Below are positions 19,088 to 28,742 of a stretch of 64,000 nt of DNA, piece after piece. This DNA comes from an uncultured cyanobacterium (GTDB lineage: Bacteria > Cyanobacteriota > Cyanobacteriia > Phormidesmidales > Phormidesmidaceae). A model generated the notes under the pieces. That model searched no databases and had not been told where the DNA came from. It was given only the letters and a program-made list of their open reading frames with translations. How positions within the stretch are numbered: position 1 is the first letter of the stretch; each line of letters starts with the position of its first letter. The stretch is taken from the NCBI GenBank assembly GCA_963793265.1, contig CAWBZI010000006.1:640001-704000 (forward strand), given 5' to 3'. The position numbers and the translations under genes are program-made.

Positions 19088-19954
19088 CTAGCTTTGAAAA
19101 GTGTTGCACTGATCGACATCGCCGGAAGTAAAGCCGCGTCTGAACCACTCGACGCGCTGGGCAGAAGTGCCGTGAGTGAAAGAGTCGGGGTTTACGTAGC
19201 CGCGCTGTTGCTTTTGTAGGCTGTCGTCACCGATTTGGCTAGCGGCGTTTAGGGCTTCTTCAATATCACCGGCTTCTAAAATGTTGCGCTCGCGATCGGC
19301 GTGGTGCGCCCATATGCCAGAGAAACAGTCGGCTTGTAATTCTTGTAACACGGAGAGCTGGTTGGCCTCTGTTTCACTGACGCGGCGTTGAGCCGCGCGA
19401 ACTTGTTCAGAAACGCCTATCAGGTTTTGAACATGGTGGCCGACTTCGTGAGCAATGACGTAGGCTTGAGCAAAATCGCCAGGCGCGCCTAATTTGTATT
19501 TAAGATCTCGGTAGAAGTCGAGATCGATATAGACCTGCTGGTCGGCGGGGCAGTAGAAGGGGCCGACAGCGGCAGTTGCCCTGCCGCAGGCAGATTGGAC
19601 TGCGCCTGTGAAAAGAACAAGTTCCGGCTCGCGGTAGCTGCCGCCAAACTCGCGAGGAAAAATATTGTTCCAAGTGTCTTCGGTATCAGCAAGTACCACA
19701 GAAACGAAGTCTGCTAGCTGATCTTGTTCTGGAGAAGTAGTCTGATACGGGCCACCTGCGGGGCTTTGTCTGGGCGGCTGCGCACCAGAGTCTAGTAAGA
19801 CAGTGGGATCGCCGCCCAATAGCGTAATTACGATAGCTACCACAACCATACCGAGGCCACCGCCGCCAACCACCATCGGACTGCCACCACCCCGATAGCT
19901 TCGTCCTCGACGGTCTTGAATATTTTGACTACGACGGCCCGTTTTCCAGCGCAT
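19088..19954 (-). CDS. ypfJ: Neutral zinc metallopeptidase (YpfJ family)
   Basis: GPFYCPAD, AHEVGHHVQ, ELQADC, THGTSAQR. Confidence 0.9.
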   Translation of the reverse strand: MRWKTGRRSQNIQDRRGRSYRGGGSPMVVGGGGLGMVVVAIVITLLGGDPTVLLDSGAQPPRQSPAGGPYQTTSPEQDQLADFVSVVLADTEDTWNNIFPREFGGSYREPELVLFTGAVQSACGRATAAVGPFYCPADQQVYIDLDFYRDLKYKLGAPGDFAQAYVIAHEVGHHVQNLIGVSEQVRAAQRRVSETEANQLSVLQELQADCFSGIWAHHADRERNILEAGDIEEALNAASQIGDDSLQKQQRGYVNPDSFTHGTSAQRVEWFRRGFTSGDVDQCNTFQS

Positions 19955-20140
19955 AACTCTAATGACTCTGTGACTTACCTAGCAGCCCAGACCACCCATA
20001 GACTACCATCTGATTCTCCATAAGTCTGTCACCGTAATCTATTGACCCAAAGTAGGTTTTTTCTTACTTAAGAAACGTTAAAACCGGGAACAAAACGGCT
20101 ACCTTTTAAACTTTAGATTTCCTTAATAATCTCCTGTTTT

Positions 20141-20167
20141 CATAACTTATGTATGTGATAAGTTATG
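20141..20167. promoter_or_regulatory. Palindromic operator candidate CATAACTTAT-N7-ATAAGTTATG
   Basis: Perfect 10-bp inverted repeat upstream of the plus-strand arm of the cluster. Confidence 0.5.
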
Positions 20168-20242
20168 GTCAGATTAAATGCACAAGCCTATAGCCTTTAT
20201 CAATAAGCCCTACGGATACTTAAGAAGGCTGAAGGTACTGCC

Positions 20243-21457
20243 GTGATAATTATGGAACAGCGAAGGGTCATCAATATCGTTACCGGACAGGGTGGCGCAG
20301 GTCACTACGCGACTTACTACGCCATTCGAGCACTGGCCGAGCAGCAGAATCTGCCTTGGAAATTTCAAGTGACCGATATGGATGAGATTATTACGAATCT
20401 CTCCGAGCGAAAACAGATTGAAAATGCATATGAGAGGTTTGGCTTTTCAGGACATGACCTGTACAACCTGATGGTGAAAGGTGGGTGGACTTGGCTATGG
20501 CCACTGAAGATGAGGCTCAATAAGCTGCTGGTGAAGATAAACCATGAGACTGGTGTAAAAATCTTTACGGAGTACTGGCGGCAGCAACGGCCAGATTTGG
20601 TAGTGTCGGTGATGCCGCTCTACAACAAAGGTCTGTGGCAAAGCCTGCAGAAAGCGCAGCCGAGCACGCCCTACATTACGGTAATGACCGACTTTGCCGA
20701 TAGTCCACCTGACTTTTGGATAGATACAGATATTCAAAACGTTTTGGTGTGTGGTACGAGGAAGGCTGCTAGGCAGGCGTGGCAAGTAGGCGTAGCAGAG
20801 AGTCGGATAAAGGCGACTTCTGGGCTTGTTGTTCATCCTAATTTTTGTGAGGCCAACGAGCGTGAGGAAGAGAAAAGTCGACGGCGATCGCGTCTCGGCT
20901 TAGAACCTAACGTACCTACAGGTATAGTCATGTTTGGCGGCAACGGCTCAGCCAAAATGGAAGAGATTGCTAGTCGTCTTGAACGATTCAAAGAGAATAT
21001 TCAGCTTATCTTTTTGTGTGGTAGAAATTTCGAACTTGCGGCGGTGCTACGACAATATAACGGCCTGCAAAATCGGTGCGTTGTTGAATTTACAGATCGG
21101 GTGCATAACTATCTATCTATGGCTGATTTCTTTATTGGTAAGCCTGGGAACGTCAGCGTTAGCGAGGCGATCGCAATGCACGTGCCCGTCATTACTGAGC
21201 GCAATCGATTCACGATGGTGCAGGAAAAAGACTGTGCTGATTGGGTAGAAGCGCAGGAATGCGGCATTGTTCTTTCTAGATTTAAGACGGTCGATAAGGC
21301 AGTCGAACAAATGCTAGATCAGCGCGTTTACAGCCGCTATCAGCAGGCTATACAAAAGCATAATAATCGTGCTGTCTATGAGGTCGTAGAGATTATGAAA
21401 CAGTCGCTACAGCCCGAATACGCTACGAAAACACCTATTTCGCAGGCTATTGCATAG
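20243..21457 (+). CDS. GT28 MGDG-synthase/UgtP-like glycosyltransferase (1 of 4)
   Basis: GQGGAGH, PDLVVSVMP, TVMTDF, FGGNG, CGRN, IGKPG..SVSEA, QE. Confidence 0.85.
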   Translation: MIIMEQRRVINIVTGQGGAGHYATYYAIRALAEQQNLPWKFQVTDMDEIITNLSERKQIENAYERFGFSGHDLYNLMVKGGWTWLWPLKMRLNKLLVKINHETGVKIFTEYWRQQRPDLVVSVMPLYNKGLWQSLQKAQPSTPYITVMTDFADSPPDFWIDTDIQNVLVCGTRKAARQAWQVGVAESRIKATSGLVVHPNFCEANEREEEKSRRRSRLGLEPNVPTGIVMFGGNGSAKMEEIASRLERFKENIQLIFLCGRNFELAAVLRQYNGLQNRCVVEFTDRVHNYLSMADFFIGKPGNVSVSEAIAMHVPVITERNRFTMVQEKDCADWVEAQECGIVLSRFKTVDKAVEQMLDQRVYSRYQQAIQKHNNRAVYEVVEIMKQSLQPEYATKTPISQAIA

Positions 21458-21498
21458 GCAACCTAGACCCTCTTGAGCATCTACTATGGCACTTTTAC

Positions 21499-23010
21499 AT
21501 GGCACTTCCTTTAGTACAAACGCGCGAAGCTGACGCCGCAGACATCACCCGCCAAATTACTCAGATGGTTGCGGCCAGCGGCATTTCAAGAGAAAAGGTG
21601 CCTGCACTTTTAGGTGGCGTACCTGTGCGAACAGCACCATATCCTAGCTGGCCCACGCTAGACGAGGCGGCTGTTAAGGCGGATATTGAGGCGGTGAGTG
21701 CGGTTTTGCGCTCGAGGCAGTGGGGCGGTGCACCTTATCCGGGGGTGCACACTCGAGCGTTTGCAGCGGCGTTCTTAGCGATGCAGGTTGGAAACAATCA
21801 GCCTGATAAAGAGACTTTTTTTGCGGTGCCGATGATGAATGGCACTTTGACGATGGAGGTAGCGCTGCGAGCGGCTGATATTGGCTGGGGTGATGAGGTG
21901 ATTGTGCCTGCCTACACGTTTCAGGCGACGGCGACAGCTCCGATTGCGATTGGCGCAGTTCCGGTGCTGGTTGATGTTGATCCTGATACGTATTGCATTA
22001 GTCCCATTGCTATTGAGGCTGCGATTACAGATAGAACAAAGGCGATTATGCCGGTGCATTTGGGCGCGCAGATGGCGGATATGGATGAGATTATGGCGAT
22101 CGCATCCCGTCATAATCTTGTTGTCATTGAAGACTGTGCTCATGCTCATGGGGCCGAGTGGAACGGGCGTGGGGCCGGGACGATAGGGCACTTTGGCTCG
22201 TTTAGCTTGCAGTCTTCTAAGCTGCTGACGACTGGGGAAGGGGGCGTTTTAATCGGTAGAGGTGAGGACACCTGGCGAAAGGTGGTGGGGTTGGTGGACT
22301 GTGGGCGATCGCCTACGTCTTCACAAGGTTCAACCCCACATAGTCCAATCTCACTAACCCAAGATCCCACCGGCTTGATGAGTTCACTCATCGGCCAGCT
22401 ACGCACGCAGGTGAATTCGCATAGTCTCGAAGGCGCTGTAGGCATAGGCAGCAACTATCGCATGACTGAACTACAGGCGGCGCTGGGCCGTACGGCCTTG
22501 CAAAGATTCCCACAACAGCAGCTACAGCGGGCAGCTATGGCCGATTATTTAGAGCAACAGTTTGAAGGGGTTGAAGGCGTACGACTGCTAAAGCGACAGA
22601 AAAATCATACTCGGCGGTCTGTTTATCGGTATATTTTTGCGATTGATCCTGAGCTGTTCGGCGTCGATCATCAGGTAGTAGCGCTGGCCCTGCATTTAGA
22701 AGGCATTGCCTGCTGGCAAGGGTATGCGGCTCTGCATTGTCATGAGAGTTTTCAGCCGTTGCGATCGCGTCTCCCGGTACCGAGCGTATACCCTCAAGCC
22801 TTTAACTTTGAGGCCATGAGCTTTCCTGAAGCTGAAAGCGCCAGCGAAGCGGAAGCCATCTGGTTAGAAGAGTCTGTTTTTAGAGCAGGAAAGCAGGGTA
22901 TAGACGACGTGGTAAGGGCGCTAAAGAAAATTCAAGCAAGCGCGCCGTTGCTAAAAGCGGCTAGGGTTTATTTCTTAGAAGCTGTTGCAACGCAGGGGGT
23001 ATCCAGATGA
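21499..23010 (+). CDS. DegT/DnrJ/EryC1/StrS PLP aminotransferase (RifK/StsC-like)
   Basis: VIEDCAHAHG, FSLQSSKLLTTGEGG (PLP Lys), NYRMTELQAA; N-terminal LLGGVPVR..PSWP. Confidence 0.9.
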   Translation: MALPLVQTREADAADITRQITQMVAASGISREKVPALLGGVPVRTAPYPSWPTLDEAAVKADIEAVSAVLRSRQWGGAPYPGVHTRAFAAAFLAMQVGNNQPDKETFFAVPMMNGTLTMEVALRAADIGWGDEVIVPAYTFQATATAPIAIGAVPVLVDVDPDTYCISPIAIEAAITDRTKAIMPVHLGAQMADMDEIMAIASRHNLVVIEDCAHAHGAEWNGRGAGTIGHFGSFSLQSSKLLTTGEGGVLIGRGEDTWRKVVGLVDCGRSPTSSQGSTPHSPISLTQDPTGLMSSLIGQLRTQVNSHSLEGAVGIGSNYRMTELQAALGRTALQRFPQQQLQRAAMADYLEQQFEGVEGVRLLKRQKNHTRRSVYRYIFAIDPELFGVDHQVVALALHLEGIACWQGYAALHCHESFQPLRSRLPVPSVYPQAFNFEAMSFPEAESASEAEAIWLEESVFRAGKQGIDDVVRALKKIQASAPLLKAARVYFLEAVATQGVSR

Positions 23011-25637
23011 AGACTAAACAGATCGCATCTCAAAGAGATACCCACAAAGAGAGCAGCTTACAGCCAATAAAAAAAACTATTCACGTGCTTGTACTTCGCG
23101 GTGGCGGCGGTCACTATGCAACCTATAGAGCACTTCAGGCCGTGATTGAACAGCAGCAGCTTCCCTGGAATTTGGAGCTGACATTTGCTGATGATATTGG
23201 TGGCAATGGTATAGATACATCAGAAGCTCGCCCTGGTATAGCAAGAGCGCTATCTCGACTATCAGGCTACGTTGCCGATATAGTCTATGACCTTATCTTG
23301 AAGAAAGGGTGGAACTGGATACATCTTTTTACCCTGCCTTTGCACAAGCAAATCGTTAAGCTCCGAGGCCCAGTCGATCGGCAAATGCTCAGCGAAAAGT
23401 GGCAAGTGCATCCACCGGATCTAATTCTCTCGGTGGTGCCTTTTCACAACCGCTGCCTGTGGGAAAGTTTATCAGAACAATCTATTCCCATCGTCACACT
23501 GCTTACCGATTTCGGAGACTCCCCACCGGCTTACTGGATAGAGCCTGACACCGACAACTATCTGATTTGCGGCACCGCAATCGCGTCGCAGCAGGCACTT
23601 GCGCAGGGCGTTCAACCTGAGCGAATTTTGCCGACATCGGGGCTGGTCATCGATCCCAGCTTTTATGAGCCGCCCAAGTCGGCGTCGTGGATTTGTCAGG
23701 AGAGAGAAAAGCTGGGACTAGAGGCAGATCGCCCGACGGCGCTGGTTCTTTTTGGTGCGAATGGGTCTTTGGCGATGATTGATATTGCTGAGCAGCTAGA
23801 GGCTTTGGGCGATCACCTCCAAATCATCTTCGTCTGCGGGCGCAATCTCGCCGTTGAGCAGACGCTGTGGAAGCGCGAAACTGCGCAGAAGAGAGTGGTG
23901 GTTGGCTTTACGCAGGAAATTGCACACTACATGGCGATCGCTGACTTCTTTATCGGCAAGCCCGGCAACGTCAGCATCAGTGAAGCGCTCAAAATGGGCC
24001 TGCCTGTTATCGTCAATCGCAACTGGCTCACCATGCCTCAAGAGCGCCATGTTGCTGGTTGGATAAAAGATCAGCAGGTCGGCCTTACGGTTCAAAACTT
24101 TAAGCAGACTCGCGCTGCCGTTGAGCAAATGTTACAGCCCGGCGCACTCGCTCGCTATCAAAGCAATGTGGAAAAGTTCGAGAATCAGGCAGTGTTTGAA
24201 GTCGTTGAGATTTTGCAGGCGCTTTTACAGCGTGAGCCCTTGCCGTATCAGCTTTCTGAGACAGGCATTCTAGAGCAACAGATTGATACAAACAAACCGC
24301 TACAAATTCTAAGCAGCGCGGTTTCGCTCTATCAATTTACGCCACGGGCCGTCTTTCATCCAGCCACCGAAGCCGATTTGGCGCAGGCAGTTCAGCTAGC
24401 CGCTAAAGAAGGTCTGAAGATTCGAGCGATTGGCGCGCTACATTCAGCCGTACCGATTCCGGCGACTGACGGCGTTTGTATTATGCTCGATCGCTACCAA
24501 AAGCTGTTGAAAGTCGAAGGCACTCAGGTTACTGTGCAGGCAGGCATTCAGATCTGTCAGCTCAATGAGGTGCTAGCAGAAAAAGGGCTTGCCTTACCGA
24601 TTCTCGGGACTATCGATCAACAGACGATTGCGGGCGCTATTTCGACGGGTACCCACGGTGGCTCGCTTCATCGGCCTAGCCTGAGTAGCTACGTTAGCGC
24701 CGTGAGTCTCATTAAAGCAGACGGCTCAATCGTGACAATCTCGCGAAATCAGCCAGCATTTAAAGCGGTCGGCATCTCTTTAGGTCTTTTAGGCATTCTC
24801 TCTACCGTCACAATCGACTGTGTGCCTGCTTTCTCTTTAAGGGCAAAGACTTATGCTTTTAGTTTTGAGCAGCTTATTAAAAACTTTGAGCGCATTCATC
24901 AAGACAACGACTTTGTTGATATCCGATACTCACCAATCACTAACACTGCCCATGCGGTGCTGATTAATCAGCCCGAGCAGCCCATTGCTAAAAATGGCGG
25001 ATGGGAGCCGGTTAAGCAAAGCAAGCTAACCTGGCGAGCCACTGAAACAGTCAACAAAATGGCGCAGCGGGTGTTTCAACAGCTACCCGTCAATGGCTTA
25101 CAGCGCTGGTGCTTAAATCGGTACGAACAGTCGGTTTATTCAGCGCCCTATGGTCGTAGCGATTTTGTACTCACGCACTTTGATGCGACTTCAGATGATT
25201 TGATTAGCAACAAAGCCTCAGTTGATCTTGACCCGGTGGCGGACATGGAACTAGCCGTGCCTTATGGGCGGGCGATCGCGGCCCTGCAAGCCATCAGAGA
25301 TCACTTTCACAAAACCCAACGCTATCCCACCATGCAAATTCACATTCGCTGTTCGGCAGGCGAAGATTTTTGGCTTAGCCCGAGTCAAAGTGAGCCCATT
25401 TGCTGGCTAGAGTTTTGGGAATATCCCTGTACAGGCGAATTCTTTGCAGAGATGGTGGCGCTGCTCAAACCCTTTGGACTTAGGGGTCACTGGGGTAAAC
25501 AGATTCCGATAGAGACTAATTACTTGCAGGCTCAATATCCGCGCTGGCAAGACTTTTGTCAGCTTGTCAAACAGTGGGATGCTGACGGGCGTTTTAGCAA
25601 CTCGACGCTGACTCATTATTTTAGAACAGAGGGTTGA
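23007..25637 (+). CDS. Fusion of GT28 glycosyltransferase (2 of 4) and aldonolactone-oxidase-type FAD oxidoreductase
   Basis: N-half GGGGH, IGKPG; C-half RAIGALHS, QTIAGAISTGTHG, SLGLLGI, HWGK. Confidence 0.85.
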   Translation: MKTKQIASQRDTHKESSLQPIKKTIHVLVLRGGGGHYATYRALQAVIEQQQLPWNLELTFADDIGGNGIDTSEARPGIARALSRLSGYVADIVYDLILKKGWNWIHLFTLPLHKQIVKLRGPVDRQMLSEKWQVHPPDLILSVVPFHNRCLWESLSEQSIPIVTLLTDFGDSPPAYWIEPDTDNYLICGTAIASQQALAQGVQPERILPTSGLVIDPSFYEPPKSASWICQEREKLGLEADRPTALVLFGANGSLAMIDIAEQLEALGDHLQIIFVCGRNLAVEQTLWKRETAQKRVVVGFTQEIAHYMAIADFFIGKPGNVSISEALKMGLPVIVNRNWLTMPQERHVAGWIKDQQVGLTVQNFKQTRAAVEQMLQPGALARYQSNVEKFENQAVFEVVEILQALLQREPLPYQLSETGILEQQIDTNKPLQILSSAVSLYQFTPRAVFHPATEADLAQAVQLAAKEGLKIRAIGALHSAVPIPATDGVCIMLDRYQKLLKVEGTQVTVQAGIQICQLNEVLAEKGLALPILGTIDQQTIAGAISTGTHGGSLHRPSLSSYVSAVSLIKADGSIVTISRNQPAFKAVGISLGLLGILSTVTIDCVPAFSLRAKTYAFSFEQLIKNFERIHQDNDFVDIRYSPITNTAHAVLINQPEQPIAKNGGWEPVKQSKLTWRATETVNKMAQRVFQQLPVNGLQRWCLNRYEQSVYSAPYGRSDFVLTHFDATSDDLISNKASVDLDPVADMELAVPYGRAIAALQAIRDHFHKTQRYPTMQIHIRCSAGEDFWLSPSQSEPICWLEFWEYPCTGEFFAEMVALLKPFGLRGHWGKQIPIETNYLQAQYPRWQDFCQLVKQWDADGRFSNSTLTHYFRTEG

Positions 25638-27200
25638 GTGGCCATTATGCAACATATTGAAAGCAAGTATGCGATCGCTCCACCACTGATGCCACCGCGC
25701 CGGTTGATCTTAAGCGCAATGTGCCTGGCTTTATTTATCACTAACTTTGACGGTACCGCTATGGACGTGGCGCTGCCGGTTGTGCAGAAAAGCTTGGGCG
25801 CGAATATGACTGGGCTTCAGTGGATTTTGAACGCCTATAACTTGCCGATTGCAAGCCTGTTGTTAGTGAGTGGAACGCTGGGCGATCGCTATGGTCGCAA
25901 GCGTATTTTTCTCTTTGGCCTCGGTTTATTCACCATCGCCTCTATTATCTGCGGCTGCGCGACGACGCTACCGGGCCTTATTGTCGGCAGAACCCTACAG
26001 GGCTTTGGTGCTGCCGCGCTTGTGCCTTTATCTCTAACCATCTTGAGTGCGACCTTTGTTGAAGCCGATGAAAAGACTAAGGCAATCGGCATTTGGTCTG
26101 CAATATCAGCCTTTGCACTCATCGCGGGCCCTGGGCTCGGCGGCATTCTCATCAGCACGCTTAACTGGCAAAGTATCTTCTGGCTCAACGTGCCTTTAGG
26201 ACTGTTGACCTGGGGTTTAGCAGCCTACGCGGTGCCCGCCGATCAGTCACAGGCTGATCGCAACAAACCTCAGCTAGACTGGCCGGGCCTAATATTCAGC
26301 ATTTCTATGCTCTCAACTTTTGCCTTAGCGCTCAGTGCGGGCGGTGAAGGGCAGTGGCTCTCAGGTTCTGTAGTGAAACTCGCAGCGGCTTCTGTGCTTA
26401 GCCTGGTGGGCTTTGTCGTGGTAGAGTCTCTCGCACGACACCCCATGCTGCCGCTGCCGCTGTTGAAAAATGCGGTGTTCTCAGTGGCCACGGTGGCGCA
26501 GGGGCTGGTGTTCTTTGCCTCGGGCAGCCTGGTGTTTCTCTTTAGCCTGTTTCTACAGCAGGTGCAGGGCTACTCTCCACTGCAAACAGGGCTGCGCTTT
26601 TTGCCGATGAACGCAGCTATTATTACAGCCGCTTTTCTCTCTGGCTGGCTGGCAAATCGCTTTGGCTGGCGGGTGCCCGTTATCGGTGGCTTTATGCTGG
26701 CGAGCGGCGCTATTTTCACACTCACCTCTATCGGGGTCGAAACACCCTACAGCAAACTGTTGTTTGGGCTAGTACTCTCTGGATTTGGCGGCGGGCTGAC
26801 CATCGCCCCGCTCACCGCACAGGCGATGGCCGCAGTGCCTACGGGACTCTCCGGTATCGCCTCTGCTGTGCTGAATGTGGGGATTCAGCTCGGGGGAATT
26901 TTGGGAATTTCATTGCAGGGAACGCTGTTGGCGCGGCGGCTAGAGGGTGCGATCGCGCTACAGCTTACCGAGTGGAATGTGCCCTTGGCGCTACAGCCCG
27001 AGATTATTCAGGGCGCTTTAGAGAATCAGGTGCGGGTGCCAGTGGCAAGTGCGCTGTCTGCTGCTGAGGTGCAAATTGCTATTCAACAGTCTTTTGTGGT
27101 TGGCTTGCAGGCAGCTTTGTGGGTGGCAGCGCTGGCTTTGTTTAGCGGGGCTGTGCTGGTTGGGATGCTCAGGCGATCGCAATTCGAGAAAATAAAATAG
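25638..27200 (+). CDS. DHA2 (14-TMS) MFS exporter (1 of 3)
   Basis: VALP, LGDRYGRK, GRTLQGFG, WQSIFWLNVPLG. Confidence 0.9.
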   Translation: MAIMQHIESKYAIAPPLMPPRRLILSAMCLALFITNFDGTAMDVALPVVQKSLGANMTGLQWILNAYNLPIASLLLVSGTLGDRYGRKRIFLFGLGLFTIASIICGCATTLPGLIVGRTLQGFGAAALVPLSLTILSATFVEADEKTKAIGIWSAISAFALIAGPGLGGILISTLNWQSIFWLNVPLGLLTWGLAAYAVPADQSQADRNKPQLDWPGLIFSISMLSTFALALSAGGEGQWLSGSVVKLAAASVLSLVGFVVVESLARHPMLPLPLLKNAVFSVATVAQGLVFFASGSLVFLFSLFLQQVQGYSPLQTGLRFLPMNAAIITAAFLSGWLANRFGWRVPVIGGFMLASGAIFTLTSIGVETPYSKLLFGLVLSGFGGGLTIAPLTAQAMAAVPTGLSGIASAVLNVGIQLGGILGISLQGTLLARRLEGAIALQLTEWNVPLALQPEIIQGALENQVRVPVASALSAAEVQIAIQQSFVVGLQAALWVAALALFSGAVLVGMLRRSQFEKIK

Positions 27201-27212
27201 AAAATTCTTGCT

Positions 27213-28742
27213 ATGAAACAAATTCGAGACGGTAAGGTTACAGTCCTCTGCGCAATGTGCCTGGCGCTGTTTATGACTAACTTCAACGCCACCGCAGCAG
27301 ATGTGGCCCTGCCTCAAATGCAACAGAACTTGGGCGCTGACATGCTTGGGGTGCAGTGGATTCTAAACGCATACCTTTTACCCGTTGCCAGCCTGCTATT
27401 GGTGACTGGCAAACTAGGCGATAGGTACGGTCGCAAGCGCATATTTTTAGCCGGTATTCTACTATTTAGCATCGCCACCGTAGTCTGTGGGCTCGCGCCT
27501 AACTTAGCCGTGCTGATTGTTGGACGCGGTTTGCAAGGCATCGGTGCAGCGGCGGTAATTCCTTTATCGCTCACGATTGTGACGGCGACCTTTAGTGACC
27601 ATCAGGCGCGGGCAAAAGCAATTGGGATATGGTCGGCAGTTTCAGCGATCGCACTTGTCGCGGGCCCCGGCTTAGGCGGCTTTTTGGTAGACGGCTTAGG
27701 CTGGCGCAGCATCTTTTTTATTACGCTTCCTTTAGGCTTAGTCACGTTTGCGATGACGGCTCGGGCCTTTAAAGAACAATTAAGAGAAAAAGCTGTGGTT
27801 AGCTGGGTTGGGTTGGGGTTGAGTGTGGTTGCGATCACCTCCCTTGTATACGTTCTCACCCAGGGCAGCATAGCAGCCTGGCAATCCACCCGAACCCTCG
27901 GCCTACTCACTATTACCGGCCTCAGCTTCACCGCCTTCTGGCAGGTCAACGCCCGCAGCAACACGCCCGTCATTCCACCAACTCTGCTTAGAAACAGAAA
28001 ATTCCTCACGCTCTGCTTCGTACAAACCTTGGTTTTCTTCACCTCTGGCGGATTGTTCTTCATTCTGAGCTTGTTCTTACAGCAGGTTCAAGGCTATTCC
28101 GCTGCCGCTACCGGCCTGTGCTTCATCCCGATGAACATCGCAATCGTTTCAGCCTCCTTCGCCTCCGGGTGGATTGCGGCCAAGCTAGGCTGGCGCTTCC
28201 CCATTCTCAGCGGCCTTACAATTGCGAGCATTGCACTATTCTCACTCACTCGCATCAGCATCAATACGCCCTACCTCACCACGCTATCGACCCTCATATT
28301 CTCAGGATTCGGCGGTGGCCTGACCATCGCCCCCCTCGCTGCTGCCGCGATGAATTCCGTACGTCCGGTAGAAGAAGGCATCGCCTCAGCCGTTTCGAGC
28401 ATCAGCATTCAATTTGGCGGCATTCTAGGCATTGGCTTACAGGGTGCGCTGTTCTCAGGCAGGCTCACCGCTGCGCTAAAAGACACAATGCTCGACTGGA
28501 ATTTATCGTCCGATCTCCAAGAGAAAATTTTAGCGGACGGCATCCAAAACCTGTCCAATTCCCCTGTTAATTTACCGCCCACCCTCTCTTCAGCAGCATT
28601 AGAACAAGCGGTCAAACTAGCGTTCGTCTCAGGGCTACAGTCCGTAGTACTCATAGCCGCGCTCTCACTGGTTTTCGGCGTACTACTCATATTTACCTTA
28701 GTTCCTTCAATCGTTCGGTCTTCTGTCCATGAACAAGTTTAA
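27213..28742 (+). CDS. DHA2 MFS exporter (2 of 3)
   Basis: LGDRYGRK, GRGLQGIG, WRSIFF; paralogue of the preceding gene. Confidence 0.9.
   Translation: MKQIRDGKVTVLCAMCLALFMTNFNATAADVALPQMQQNLGADMLGVQWILNAYLLPVASLLLVTGKLGDRYGRKRIFLAGILLFSIATVVCGLAPNLAVLIVGRGLQGIGAAAVIPLSLTIVTATFSDHQARAKAIGIWSAVSAIALVAGPGLGGFLVDGLGWRSIFFITLPLGLVTFAMTARAFKEQLREKAVVSWVGLGLSVVAITSLVYVLTQGSIAAWQSTRTLGLLTITGLSFTAFWQVNARSNTPVIPPTLLRNRKFLTLCFVQTLVFFTSGGLFFILSLFLQQVQGYSAAATGLCFIPMNIAIVSASFASGWIAAKLGWRFPILSGLTIASIALFSLTRISINTPYLTTLSTLIFSGFGGGLTIAPLAAAAMNSVRPVEEGIASAVSSISIQFGGILGIGLQGALFSGRLTAALKDTMLDWNLSSDLQEKILADGIQNLSNSPVNLPPTLSSAALEQAVKLAFVSGLQSVVLIAALSLVFGVLLIFTLVPSIVRSSVHEQV

Noticed and set aside
20142..20166. 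loxP- or dif-like recombination site (ATAACTT...AAGTTAT)
   Set aside because: Only 25 bp against 34 for loxP, arms do not match beyond 7 bp, and no recombinase is nearby; treated as an operator candidate.
20243..21457. Housekeeping murG or membrane MGDG synthase
   Set aside because: Four paralogues embedded in a specialised cluster; no dcw context and no GGTGGH MurG motif.
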